From Escherichia phage KEP4: a stretch of 64,000 nucleotides of DNA. Below are positions 36,951-47,858 of the stretch, piece by piece (position 1 is the first letter of the stretch; each line of letters starts with the position of its first letter). A program made the position numbers and the translations under genes. Where the stretch lies: sequence record PP047754; one strand, 5' to 3'. The notes below the pieces were generated by a model. It made no database searches. It had not been told where the DNA came from and worked only from the letters and a program-made list of their open reading frames with translations.

Positions 36951-39900
36951 ATGGCCAACAAACCAACACAGCCTCTTTTCCCTTTGGGTTTAGAAACTTC
37001 TGAGTCTTCGAACATAAAAGGCTTCAACAACTCCGGCACTATTGAGCATTCCCCTGGTGCCGTAATGACATTTCCTGAAGATACTGAAGTTACAGGTCTT
37101 CCATCTTCTGTGCGTTACAATCCTGATAGTGATGAATTTGAAGGTTATTACGAAAACGGTGGTTGGTTGTCTTTGGGTGGCGGCGGAATACGCTGGGAAA
37201 CGCTCCCTTACGCTCCCTCTAGCAATTTGTTAGAAGGTCGCGGCTATCTCATTAATAATACGACAGGGACTTCTACAGTGGTTCTCCCTTCCCCTACGCG
37301 CGTTGGTGATTCAGTTACAATTTGTGATGCCTATGGGAAATTCGCGACGTATCCATTGACTGTATCTCCAGCGGGAAATAACCTGTACGGCTCCACCGAA
37401 GATATGACGATATCCACCGATAACGTGTCGGCGACTTTCACTTGGTCTGGTGCCGAGCAGGGTTGGGTTGTTACATCTGGTGTTGGCCTCGGCCAAGGTC
37501 GTGTGTACAGTCGTGAGATTTTCACTCAAATTTTAGCATCTGAAACAAGTGCTGTCACTCTCAATACTCCACCAACAATCGTGGACGTGTATGCTGACGG
37601 AAAACGTCTTGCGGAATCCAAATATTCACTAGATGGGAATGTAATCACTTTCGACCCTTCTTTACCTGCCAGCACTGAATTGCAGGTAATAGAATATACT
37701 CCGATTCAGTTGGGCACTGGCGGCGGGGGTTCGGGCGCTTCTGCAATCACCTGGATTTACAATGGCGGATCCGCTATTGGTGGCGAAACCGAAATAACGC
37801 TAGATATCGTTGTAGATGATGTTCCGGCTATTGATATAAACGGGTCTCGTCAGTACAAAAATCTTGGATTCACGTTCGACCCATTGACGAGTAAAATCAC
37901 TCTGACGCAAGAACTGGAACCAGAAGATGAAGTTGTTGTGGTTATAAATGGGACACCAAACATTTATAACCAAATCGATCGTTCTTTACAGGAAGTTGCT
38001 CGCGCCTACAATTTTACAAATGCTCAAGTTATTTTGAGCAACGATTATACTTCTGTTCTGGATAATAAAGTCGTTATTTATGATACGACATCCCAACGTT
38101 CTTGGGGGATTCCATCTGGAATCCCAGCAGGTTCTACAGTGGTTTCCGTCAATGGGGATCAACTGAAGTACAAAAATGGATCAACTGAAACCACTGTTAC
38201 ATTGGTGAGTGTACCAGGTAGTGCAGAGAAATTGAAGAACGATCTGGCTTCAAACTCTGGTTCAGGTATGTTGAAAACTTCTAGAGGTGATACCGTAGAA
38301 GAAGAATTGACTTTCATTAATCAGAATATGGTCGTTCAAATTTCAGATTTCGCGAGTCTTAGAACTTTAGTGCCAGCCACAGCGGGTATCCGAGTCAAAT
38401 TGAAAGGTTATTATTCTGGTTCTGAAATCGGTGGCGGAGAATTCATTTCTGTCGCTGGAGATGCTGTTGATGATGCTGGGATGATTGCTCGAGTGTCAAG
38501 CAGCTTCTATTGGAAGAGAATTATCGACAAACACATTACTCCTGGCATGTATGGCATCAAAGGGAATCTTCCAGAAGATCCGGCAGTGAAACTGAACGCT
38601 ATGTTTACGGCTGCGGCTGCGGCTAACGCTTATGTCTTACTGAACGATGTCGACACTCTGGTCTGTAAAAGCCCTGTCGTGATTCCAGCACATTCATTAG
38701 TGTACGGCAACAAACGAACTATACTGAAACGTGATGCATCGTTGTCATATGCTAATGATTTCTTGACAATTATGAATGATTCATATGTCAAGGGGATCTA
38801 TGTTGATGGTAGCCGTTTAGATTCTCAGACTCCTCTAGAAGCAGTTTTGGTGCGTATCGCTGGGAATGTAACTATCCATAAGAGTGAGATCCGAAACAAT
38901 GCTGGCTATGGCGTTGTTGGTAACGCAGTCCCTGGTATTCGTATCACCAAGAACATTTTTTCCAACTTCGCCAAAGGTTGTGTAGCCATGTTTGGCGACG
39001 GAACAGCGACGAGTGATGATCTGCAAATTAATGATAACAGATTCTTTAACCTGGGCGCGGGAACCATTTATGTTGGCGGTTACTCAAACTTCCTTGTCGA
39101 CAAAAACGTCGGAAGAGGCACTTACGTGGGTTCTCCAGGAAACCGTCTGTATGTTGTGACCAATACTAACGGGACTATCACCCAAAGCGCTGGGCCAGAT
39201 TTTGGGCCATTGAAAACGGGTATGTTCTTTGTATTGCCTGGTGGTTCTGAACATATGATAACGGCGGTCAACAGCCTTACCAGTGTGACAGTAACCCCAC
39301 CACCGCCGTCGAACGCCACAGTTCGTGCAATCGCAGGGACAGGGGATCTTCTGGGCATCCAATCATGCTCCTACGGCACCATCAGCCGTAACAACCTGAC
39401 CGATTGCGTGACTTACGGAACTGGTGGAGGCACGATGGAGGGGAGCACTCTGGGTTGCAATTATGTCACTTGGGAAGACAACTTCATCCGCAACACAGGT
39501 AAGAACGGAATCAACGTCGGGCAATCAGGCGCTGGGGTTGCCACGTGTTCTATCCTGAGGAACACTCTGATACAGGTTGGTAACGGCGGTCAGGGTGTTG
39601 GCCCAGCGTATCTTCTGCCTTGGTTCGATACGCTAGGTATCGCTCTGTATCAGGGAAACCCAGGTTATATGGCGAATATGGACGTCAGTGATAACAACGT
39701 CTCTACATGGTCTGGCGATCTGAATGACGGCGCTGCTTGGTTTGGTATGAGCGGTTGTACGGAAGCCACTGTGACTTGTACAGGCAACAAATCTTCTGGT
39801 TATTCCGACGGCTATGTTCGTGGAGATATATTAGAAGTCACGTTGACAGGTTATGGTACAGGGGCGGCTGCGACTTCATTCGTTAGTGATGGTGAGTCTA

Positions 39901-40124
39901 TACAGATAACCGTTCAAACAGGTACTTCACCAACAGCTTCACCTTATTTTTCAGTGCGGAAGGCGATCCGCACCCGCCATCAACCGATGATAACGGCGCA
40001 GATCGTCACCACAACTGGGAACATGTCTCATTGTTGGGGTATGCAATCTAGTACAGCAGGAAACTGGATGGTGGGTCAGAATACAACTCCTTCGGGGCTT
40101 ACGACATATTACGCAAAAGGGTAA
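36951..40124 (+). CDS. tailspike protein 1 (right-handed parallel beta-helix)
   Basis: 1057-aa ORF; PbH1-type repeats (NNAGYGVVGNAVPGIRITKNIFSNF ... INDNRFFNLGAGTIYVGG); N-terminal module homologous to that of 42756..45536. Confidence 0.7.
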   Translation: MANKPTQPLFPLGLETSESSNIKGFNNSGTIEHSPGAVMTFPEDTEVTGLPSSVRYNPDSDEFEGYYENGGWLSLGGGGIRWETLPYAPSSNLLEGRGYLINNTTGTSTVVLPSPTRVGDSVTICDAYGKFATYPLTVSPAGNNLYGSTEDMTISTDNVSATFTWSGAEQGWVVTSGVGLGQGRVYSREIFTQILASETSAVTLNTPPTIVDVYADGKRLAESKYSLDGNVITFDPSLPASTELQVIEYTPIQLGTGGGGSGASAITWIYNGGSAIGGETEITLDIVVDDVPAIDINGSRQYKNLGFTFDPLTSKITLTQELEPEDEVVVVINGTPNIYNQIDRSLQEVARAYNFTNAQVILSNDYTSVLDNKVVIYDTTSQRSWGIPSGIPAGSTVVSVNGDQLKYKNGSTETTVTLVSVPGSAEKLKNDLASNSGSGMLKTSRGDTVEEELTFINQNMVVQISDFASLRTLVPATAGIRVKLKGYYSGSEIGGGEFISVAGDAVDDAGMIARVSSSFYWKRIIDKHITPGMYGIKGNLPEDPAVKLNAMFTAAAAANAYVLLNDVDTLVCKSPVVIPAHSLVYGNKRTILKRDASLSYANDFLTIMNDSYVKGIYVDGSRLDSQTPLEAVLVRIAGNVTIHKSEIRNNAGYGVVGNAVPGIRITKNIFSNFAKGCVAMFGDGTATSDDLQINDNRFFNLGAGTIYVGGYSNFLVDKNVGRGTYVGSPGNRLYVVTNTNGTITQSAGPDFGPLKTGMFFVLPGGSEHMITAVNSLTSVTVTPPPPSNATVRAIAGTGDLLGIQSCSYGTISRNNLTDCVTYGTGGGTMEGSTLGCNYVTWEDNFIRNTGKNGINVGQSGAGVATCSILRNTLIQVGNGGQGVGPAYLLPWFDTLGIALYQGNPGYMANMDVSDNNVSTWSGDLNDGAAWFGMSGCTEATVTCTGNKSSGYSDGYVRGDILEVTLTGYGTGAAATSFVSDGESIQITVQTGTSPTASPYFSVRKAIRTRHQPMITAQIVTTTGNMSHCWGMQSSTAGNWMVGQNTTPSGLTTYYAKG

Positions 40125-40174
40125 TATTGAATGCCTAAATACCCCATATTGGTCATCCTTTATGGGGTATTATC

Positions 40175-42715
40175 ATGATTTCTCAATTCAATCAACCACG
40201 CGGTTCCACTTCCATAGAAGTTAACAAACAATCTATCGCTCGAAATTTCGGTGTCAAAGAAGACGAAGTCGTTTATTTCACTGTCGGTATTGACCTCAGT
40301 GGATTTAAAGTAATTTATGATGAGTCTACCCAACGGGCTTATTCTCTCCCTTCCGGTATTGTTTCAGGGACAACTGCAATTAGTCTGGATGAAAGAGCTA
40401 TCCTCACTCATTCTTCTGGCTCTGTTGACCTTGGGGAATTAGCAGTAAGCCGCGAAGAATATGTGACTTTACCTGGTTCTTTTAATTTCGGCCATACCAT
40501 TAATGTGAAAAATGAACTTCTTGTTCACGATGATGAAAAATATCGATGGGATGGTTCTTTGCCAAAGGTAGTTGCCGCTGGTTCTACACCCGATAACTCA
40601 GGCGGTGTTGGCACAGGCGCGTGGATACCTGTTGGCATTAATTCTTTGTCTGGCGATGGTGGTTGGTCGCGTATCGGATCAGAATTTGGTAAATCTTTGA
40701 AAGAACATATTCAAAGTCTTCCCAGCTTGTCTGCTGTCAAATATATGACATTTGTTGAATACGCAGCCCTTTTGGCAGGAAACGACACGGTCAATCATGA
40801 CGTTAAAGTTCAGCAAGTTATGGATGAAGCGCATGAATTGAAATGCTCTGTTTATTTTCCAACAGGGCGTTATGTATTTGACACTGCAGTCAACGTTTGG
40901 ACATACGTTCGCGCTGTTTGGGGAGACGGTTCGGCCATTATCACCAGACGTTACGGAAGTCAGTTTAGTTCCCCTGGGGTGATAGATCCGGCGCATGATA
41001 CGCGTAAATTATTCCGAATGATGGGCGGAGCGTTGGGACCGCAGTCTATTCATGGTCTTATTATTGATGGTAATGCGCGTTCATTTACAGTCCCAAAACA
41101 TACTGATTCGGATCAAACTTATCCCAACCAAACTTATTATGGCGATGTTGAACCAGTCGATGTTGGCCCATATGTATTTGGACCGGAAGGAAATACTTCT
41201 GTTCCTGGCGCTTCTTACTATAACCATGATAAGAAAGAATCCGGTCTGACCGTTTTCGATATGGTGTTTAAAGATCAACCTGGTGGTGGTGTCGTAGGTA
41301 ATGGCCAAAACGTCCGTGTGTTTGGAAATCACTTTATGGGTTGGTATGACCATGCTGTGTATATCGCCGGAAGTAACTTTGCCTCGGAAGGAGACGGAAT
41401 TTTGTGTAGTGATATTGTTGTCACTGGTAACGTATTCCGAAATCGTATTAACAATCGAGGCAATGGAGCAGTCAAAGCACGATTTGGTGTTAATCGTTAC
41501 GCAGTTACAGGCAACTCCTTTGATATAGTTGACTATTGCATGGCATTTGAGATGGGTAATGGACCAGCGACTCAACCATTTGGCCAAATTGTTGTGGACG
41601 GCAACGTGTGCACTTCAGATGGTATGTTTATGCAAATCGGGAATGATATTGGGACTGAGTGGTTCTCGACCAATTGGCTCAAATCAATGACTATTACGAA
41701 TAACACAGCACGGTCGTTGGATCGCATTTTCTTGTTAGGGGTTAGCGGATCTTCCAGTTATATTATGGATGGGTTTTCTGTACAAGTGGCCAATAACCGA
41801 TTTTATGCGCCGTCATTTTTGTCCGTGTACACATTCATGACGAATACGGAATGGATGTTGAATAACAATATCGTGGAGATCACAGGAACTGCTATGATCA
41901 CAGGAGTTGATCAATCGAACATCAACAATTCACGGATATATCTTAAAGATAATGTTTTAGGAGTTCTCCGGACTGATGTTCAAGGTTATGCTGCAGTCAG
42001 TAATTTTCAACAAGTTGAAATTTCTAATAATACATTGCGTAATTTGTATTTCCAAATAGGAAGTTATACCACAGATCTGTTTATTAAAGGAAATACTGTT
42101 AACTACACATCTGCATTATCCAGTAAAAACTTGGCGCTCATGTATTCAAGTGCTGGGAATGGTTTGATAACAGCCGATATCAGTGATAATAAGTTTTTCG
42201 GTGGAGTTGGTCGTTGCCAACTTAAATTCAGTAGCAGCGCTTCTCTGGATTGTATTAACAACAAATTCTTTACAACTTCGGCACCGTTTTTGGAATTGCA
42301 TCCGGCTGGTTATACTCCACGTGTCGTTCGTATAAAGGACAATTTAATGCGTGGTGCAGGCGTATTGCTGGCTCCTCTTGCTTCTGGTGTTTCTTTGTCC
42401 GGTGCTGGGAATTATATGGTAATTTCGGGAAACACGTTGATGGCTAATAACCCATCTGCGCCTGAAAATATAACTTTGTATCAGGACACAGGTGCGCAGA
42501 GTTGGGTGGCCCATTATGAAACTATCAGATGTGTTCGAAATGATTTCAAATCTGCGCTGTTGGCGATTAATGCAACAGGGACAGCACAATCTGGTTTGAG
42601 TACTACCAATAAATTCTGGTTCGGGGATAACGCGACGATTAATACCACGGTTGTTTGTACTTATCCTGCTGGCAACAAAGCCAACACCGACATCACCCAG
42701 ACAGTTTCAGTTTAA
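40175..42715 (+). CDS. tailspike protein 2 (parallel beta-helix)
   Basis: 846-aa ORF; N-terminal about 90 aa alignable to 45591..47825; beta-helix repeats (GNHFMGWYDHAVYIAGSNF ... VVTGNVFRNRINNRGNGA). Confidence 0.7.
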   Translation: MISQFNQPRGSTSIEVNKQSIARNFGVKEDEVVYFTVGIDLSGFKVIYDESTQRAYSLPSGIVSGTTAISLDERAILTHSSGSVDLGELAVSREEYVTLPGSFNFGHTINVKNELLVHDDEKYRWDGSLPKVVAAGSTPDNSGGVGTGAWIPVGINSLSGDGGWSRIGSEFGKSLKEHIQSLPSLSAVKYMTFVEYAALLAGNDTVNHDVKVQQVMDEAHELKCSVYFPTGRYVFDTAVNVWTYVRAVWGDGSAIITRRYGSQFSSPGVIDPAHDTRKLFRMMGGALGPQSIHGLIIDGNARSFTVPKHTDSDQTYPNQTYYGDVEPVDVGPYVFGPEGNTSVPGASYYNHDKKESGLTVFDMVFKDQPGGGVVGNGQNVRVFGNHFMGWYDHAVYIAGSNFASEGDGILCSDIVVTGNVFRNRINNRGNGAVKARFGVNRYAVTGNSFDIVDYCMAFEMGNGPATQPFGQIVVDGNVCTSDGMFMQIGNDIGTEWFSTNWLKSMTITNNTARSLDRIFLLGVSGSSSYIMDGFSVQVANNRFYAPSFLSVYTFMTNTEWMLNNNIVEITGTAMITGVDQSNINNSRIYLKDNVLGVLRTDVQGYAAVSNFQQVEISNNTLRNLYFQIGSYTTDLFIKGNTVNYTSALSSKNLALMYSSAGNGLITADISDNKFFGGVGRCQLKFSSSASLDCINNKFFTTSAPFLELHPAGYTPRVVRIKDNLMRGAGVLLAPLASGVSLSGAGNYMVISGNTLMANNPSAPENITLYQDTGAQSWVAHYETIRCVRNDFKSALLAINATGTAQSGLSTTNKFWFGDNATINTTVVCTYPAGNKANTDITQTVSV

Positions 42716-42755
42716 ATTGAATTGAGCCTAAATACCCCATATTGGCAAATCCTTT

Positions 42756-45536
42756 ATGGGGTATTTTCAAATGACCAGAAATGTAGAAGAATTATTCGGC
42801 GGCGTAATCACAGCTCCCCACCAGATTCCTTTCACTTATAAATCAAGTGTCGGTGGAGAAACTTTCTTTTCTCTACCTTTCTATCCTGTCACTGGCGTAG
42901 TCACAATTAACGGCGGCATGCAAGTTCCGTTAGACAACTTCGAGATAGACGGGAATACGTTGAATCTCGGGCGCGCATTGTCCAAAGGCGATGTTGTGTA
43001 TTGCTTATTCGATAAAATTCTTTCACCAGAAGACACTGCCAAAGGCATCCGCATATACAAATTTCAAGCCGTGGGTGGAGAAACTGAATTCACGCCTGAC
43101 TTTACTTCTTATGGTGTACAGTCTCTTTATATCGGTGGCGAATACAAAACTCCTGATATAGAATATTCCTATAACAGCACGACAGGGAAAGTGTCTTTGC
43201 AAACTGCATTGACTGCAGGCGTTTGGGTAGTCGCTGAAATGTCTGTTAAACAACCGAATATCAGTCCGGCGTTTGATCGCAGTATTCAAGAAATTGCCCG
43301 TTCTGCTAATGTGAAAGACTCTGAAGTCATCGTTAGTACGGACACCATATCTTTATTGGATGGGAAGAAAGTTGTTTATGACGTAGCGGCGCAAACCAGT
43401 TATGGCTTACCAACCATTCCTGATGGTTCTGTCATTTCTTCTGTTAGTAATGGGCAACTTACTTATAATCCAGGTAATGTTGTAGTGGATTTGTTACCTT
43501 TAGAAGATTCATTTATTAATGTGATAAACACTCTGGGGCGCAATGATGGTGCCAAGTATATCGGAGAATGCCATTCTGTTGCTGATCTCAGGAATACTGA
43601 ACCCACTATGGATGGACAACGCATTATTCTTAAGCAACACACTGCGGGTACTCTTCTTGGTGGAGGGGTATTCCGTGCGTTAATTGATGGTACAGGAAAG
43701 ACTGATGATAACGGCACTGTGATCAAAACTGTTGGCGGCGCAGCCTGGTTACGTGTTAATGCTGATAGAGTTAACCCATTCATGTTTGGTGCTTTGGGCG
43801 GTTCTAATGATGATACTATTCCAGTACAATCTTGTGTGGACAGTGGTAAGGCCACACAATTAACTGGTGTACATTACGTTAGCAATATCCGGTTAAAATA
43901 TAATACGTCGTCTATTTATGGGTCTGGATTACATTACTCCAGGTTGCATCAGTTGCCTTCTGCTACTGGGAATTGTATTACCATAAAAGATACATGCTCC
44001 CTTATTGTATTAGACTCCTTTGGGGTATATGGCACAGGTGCACAACAAGGCACATCATTTACTGCGGGTACAACAGGTATCTATATAGAAACTCCTTCAG
44101 GTCTCTCAGCCGATTATCCGTTCCACACTACCGCAGACCCAAGACGCGACTTGTGTATTTCTAAGGTCCATATAGCAGGTTTTGATGAATATGGGTTAAA
44201 TATTGATAGTGGTAACTTTAGTGTTACTACAGATTCTCTTTTAGTCAACCACATCAATCAGGTGGGCGTCCGTTGTGCTACTACTGATTGGACTTGGACA
44301 AATATTCAGGTTAATACCTGCGGTAAACAATGTCTGGTTCTTGATGGTTGTGGTAATGGTCGTATTATTGGTGGTAAATTCATTTGGGCTAACTGGCAAC
44401 CTTATGGTACAGTAGGACAGTTCCCAGGCATTACTATTAATAATAGCCAGAATATGGTTATTAATGGTATTGAGGTACAAGATTGTGGCGGGAATGGCAT
44501 TGAGATTAGCGATTCATATTCAATTTCCATGAACGGATTGAACACCAATCGTAACGGCATCAACGCTAACAACACTTTCTACAACATCGTATTTAACAAA
44601 AGTGATGCAGTTATCAACGGATTCGTAGGACTCAATTATGCTGCGAATAGTGGTTCAGGTGCTAACTCTAGTGCAGGCAATTTTCAGTTCCTGTCTAATG
44701 ATTGCAGCGTCACCATTAATGGTGTGGTTGAGACTGGTTATATGGGCATTAACTTTATTGGTGATAACAATATTATCAACCCCACAAATTCCGAACTGAG
44801 CATTAACGGATTGGTTAATTATTCCAAGACTGGTTTGCAAACCATGAACGAGACCCCTACATTTGATGGTGTTAGCACTACACCTGTTTATGTAAGTGTC
44901 CCATCTTCTGTAGGGCAAGTAAATGGTCTGAGACTATCACAAGCCAACAAAGATAAATTACTGTACTCAAGAACAGCAGGTCCAGAAGGTATTACCATGG
45001 CTGCTGTTGTAGTACCTACCATATCTGGAGCTGAAGTATTTAACTTCATGGCCATTGGTTCAGGGTTTAGTGATACATCCAACAGTCTTCATCTTCAATT
45101 AGTTATAGACGCTTCTGGAAAACAAACAATTGCTTTGCTATTGGGGGGCGATGGTACAACCCAAATTTTATCTGGGGATTTACCTAACGACCTTAAACTA
45201 CAAAGTGGTGTGCCATATCATATAGCTATTGGTGCTAAACCTGGATATTTCTGGTGGAGTATTCTTAATATTCAGACGGGTAAGAGAATCAGACGGTCAT
45301 TCCGAGGCGCTTATTTAGCTGTACCATTTAATTCTATATTCGGATTAACTTCTTCATTAACATTCTTCTCGGATAGCAATGCTGGTGGGGATGCCTGTTC
45401 TGGTGTAGGTGCTAAAGTGTATGTTGGTATGTTCTCTTCTGAGAATGATTATGTAGCTTCACGGTACTACAACCTGATTAATCCTGTAGACCCTAATAAG
45501 TTAATTAGTTACCGTATATTGGATTCTTCTATTTAA
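42756..45536 (+). CDS. tailspike protein 3 (parallel beta-helix)
   Basis: 926-aa ORF; shares the FDRSIQEIARSANVKDSEVIVSTD...VVYD... module with tailspike 1; Asn/Gly-rich beta-helix repeats. Confidence 0.7.
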   Translation: MGYFQMTRNVEELFGGVITAPHQIPFTYKSSVGGETFFSLPFYPVTGVVTINGGMQVPLDNFEIDGNTLNLGRALSKGDVVYCLFDKILSPEDTAKGIRIYKFQAVGGETEFTPDFTSYGVQSLYIGGEYKTPDIEYSYNSTTGKVSLQTALTAGVWVVAEMSVKQPNISPAFDRSIQEIARSANVKDSEVIVSTDTISLLDGKKVVYDVAAQTSYGLPTIPDGSVISSVSNGQLTYNPGNVVVDLLPLEDSFINVINTLGRNDGAKYIGECHSVADLRNTEPTMDGQRIILKQHTAGTLLGGGVFRALIDGTGKTDDNGTVIKTVGGAAWLRVNADRVNPFMFGALGGSNDDTIPVQSCVDSGKATQLTGVHYVSNIRLKYNTSSIYGSGLHYSRLHQLPSATGNCITIKDTCSLIVLDSFGVYGTGAQQGTSFTAGTTGIYIETPSGLSADYPFHTTADPRRDLCISKVHIAGFDEYGLNIDSGNFSVTTDSLLVNHINQVGVRCATTDWTWTNIQVNTCGKQCLVLDGCGNGRIIGGKFIWANWQPYGTVGQFPGITINNSQNMVINGIEVQDCGGNGIEISDSYSISMNGLNTNRNGINANNTFYNIVFNKSDAVINGFVGLNYAANSGSGANSSAGNFQFLSNDCSVTINGVVETGYMGINFIGDNNIINPTNSELSINGLVNYSKTGLQTMNETPTFDGVSTTPVYVSVPSSVGQVNGLRLSQANKDKLLYSRTAGPEGITMAAVVVPTISGAEVFNFMAIGSGFSDTSNSLHLQLVIDASGKQTIALLLGGDGTTQILSGDLPNDLKLQSGVPYHIAIGAKPGYFWWSILNIQTGKRIRRSFRGAYLAVPFNSIFGLTSSLTFFSDSNAGGDACSGVGAKVYVGMFSSENDYVASRYYNLINPVDPNKLISYRILDSSI

Positions 45537-45590
45537 AAATATACCCCTCTTCGGAGGGTATTTACTAGAGAAAAACAGGAGATTCTTATT

Positions 45591-47825
45591 ATGAATCCGC
45601 AATTTGCTCAACCAAAAGGTTCTACTTCAAAAGAATCGAATAAAGATAGCATCGCCCGTAAATTTGGGTGCAAAAAGTCGGAAGTCGTTTATGCGAAATC
45701 AGGACAGTCCTTGTCTGGTTATAAGGTTATTTATGACAAGGAAACACAGAGAGCGTATTCCTTGCCTGTAGATATTCCAGCAGGAACCACGGTTATTAGC
45801 CTTAGCGCCAGTGCTCTGCTTGTACACTCTGGGGGTTCTGTAGACCTGGGCGAACTAGCTTCCCAACGCAATGAATATAATGTATTACCTGGTTCTTTTA
45901 CTACTGGTGCAATAGTATCCACAAAGAATGATGTACTTACCCACAATGGTATCCAGTATCGTTGGAATGGTTCATTACCTAAAGTTGTACCTCAGAACTC
46001 TTTACCATCCAGTGATGATAATTGGATTGGCTTGGGTGCTTCTTATCTGAAGGAACAGCTTAACAGTACCAGTGGTGCATCCATGGTAGTACTGGCTAAT
46101 GGCAAAACCATTGAAGAAGAATTTGCCGAAGAAGCTGCATGGCAGAACCAAGAGAATATGGTGAGAACCGTTATTCCTAATGTTTATCACCATATCCGTG
46201 GCGTTCAGCGTCACTCTGGTAAAAACTTAGCATGGTCTGCTCCAGACGTTGCTATTGATAAACTTAACCCTACGGATACCGTCTTCTACCGTATGCCCCA
46301 GATTGTTAAAACTGGTGATGGTACTCTGATGATTTTCTGTAATGAGTTGCATGGTAACAATACAGATATTGGTGCTACTCCAGATCAGCAATGTAATATC
46401 GTTATGAAATACTCCATTGATAATGGGTGGTCTTGGTCGGCTAAGGTAGTGGTAGCTAACTTTGGGGCTACGTATCAGAACGGTGAGATTGCTGCTGTGT
46501 ATAACCCAGCAGATGGTCGGGTATACTGTTACTTTACTTCCTGCAAAGGCCAGTTGGGTTGGGGATACTCACAGCCAGGCAATGACCCTAATACATCATC
46601 CCAGATATATGTTACCTACTGTGATGCGGAAGCTCCTACTATATGGCGTACACCAGCTAACCTTACTGCTACCCTTAAGCCAGCAACGGCAGATTTTATC
46701 TGGACTTCACCAACTAAACCAGTTGTTTTACCGGATGGTAAGATGGCAATGATTGTGTCTACCGTCACTGGTTCACGGGTTGATTCTTTCCTTACCATCA
46801 TGAAGTATGACATTAAGTACAGCATGGACTACGTACTTAGTTCCGAAGAATCTGGTGGGGAAGTCGGACTGAACCTTTTGCCGGATGGTCGTATGGTGAT
46901 GAACTCTCGTGCTTACCACACCACAGACCTTAAAGGGCTTCAGAAATTCTATATCAGTGATCATCAGTTTAAGAACTGGCAGCACTTATCTGATTTAGTT
47001 ACATCGGATAGTAAGGGTGACCTGGTTCCTATTTTTGATGGGGTTAATGGTGTTCTTACTTGGGCGTTTACTTGTGCTAATGGTGTAGGTGATAATTCTA
47101 TTGGTCGTACTAACTACCGAGTATGGATTAGTCGTGACCTAGTTACTTGGGGGTTAGCTCCTACTGGGGATATCAACACAAGTGATTCTGTTGGGTACAT
47201 CGCATCAATGCCTGGTGGTGATGATGGTTATGTAATCTCTACATCTGAATCAGGTGGTTTTGGTGGTATTTGGTTTACTCAATGGAATGCTAAGTATATC
47301 CAGAACAGAAACTACAACCGCTATCACAAAGAGTTGCGAGAATTAGAGTCAGTAGATGAAACAGCAATGCTCGCATCCGGTGCTATTCCTAACTACTCTT
47401 TTTACGTAAACAAAGACTCCAACCTAATTAACTTCAACCGCAACGGTACTCCAGTTAAGATTCAGCAGTTGGGGGTTAGTCAGAATGCTGTTGATAAGTA
47501 CACTACAACTCAGACCCTAGCATCTATTCCTGTAGATGGTGTTGATATTGTATTAGTCACTGGTTCTGGTACTACTCTTACCCTTAGTGGGTTTAGCGGT
47601 GGATATATGGGCCAGCGTGTGACAGTTATCTCTGATTCATCTGGTGGTGGGGTGGTGCTTAAACGTGCTGATACAACATTGCCTACTGTAACGGACAGAT
47701 TCCACTTTAATGTGGCAGGAGCCTTTACTGCTTTGAGGGTAGACTATGCAACTAAGATGATGGCTACTTTAGTTAAGACTCCATCTGGTTGGTTCACGGA
47801 AAGTATTGCTAACGTAACAATCTAA
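45591..47825 (+). CDS. tailspike protein 4 with putative sialidase/BNR-like domain
   Basis: 744-aa ORF; N-terminus homologous to tailspike 2; one canonical Asp-box SIDNGWSW and one degenerate (SRDLVTW). Confidence 0.65.
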   Translation: MNPQFAQPKGSTSKESNKDSIARKFGCKKSEVVYAKSGQSLSGYKVIYDKETQRAYSLPVDIPAGTTVISLSASALLVHSGGSVDLGELASQRNEYNVLPGSFTTGAIVSTKNDVLTHNGIQYRWNGSLPKVVPQNSLPSSDDNWIGLGASYLKEQLNSTSGASMVVLANGKTIEEEFAEEAAWQNQENMVRTVIPNVYHHIRGVQRHSGKNLAWSAPDVAIDKLNPTDTVFYRMPQIVKTGDGTLMIFCNELHGNNTDIGATPDQQCNIVMKYSIDNGWSWSAKVVVANFGATYQNGEIAAVYNPADGRVYCYFTSCKGQLGWGYSQPGNDPNTSSQIYVTYCDAEAPTIWRTPANLTATLKPATADFIWTSPTKPVVLPDGKMAMIVSTVTGSRVDSFLTIMKYDIKYSMDYVLSSEESGGEVGLNLLPDGRMVMNSRAYHTTDLKGLQKFYISDHQFKNWQHLSDLVTSDSKGDLVPIFDGVNGVLTWAFTCANGVGDNSIGRTNYRVWISRDLVTWGLAPTGDINTSDSVGYIASMPGGDDGYVISTSESGGFGGIWFTQWNAKYIQNRNYNRYHKELRELESVDETAMLASGAIPNYSFYVNKDSNLINFNRNGTPVKIQQLGVSQNAVDKYTTTQTLASIPVDGVDIVLVTGSGTTLTLSGFSGGYMGQRVTVISDSSGGGVVLKRADTTLPTVTDRFHFNVAGAFTALRVDYATKMMATLVKTPSGWFTESIANVTI

Positions 47826-47831
47826 AATACA

Positions 47832-47858
47832 AGCCCCCAATAAGGGGGCTTTCTTTTG
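47832..47858 (+). terminator. rho-independent terminator
   Basis: AGCCCCC-AATAA-GGGGGCT hairpin followed by TTCTTTTG, just after the tailspike 4 stop. Confidence 0.7.
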
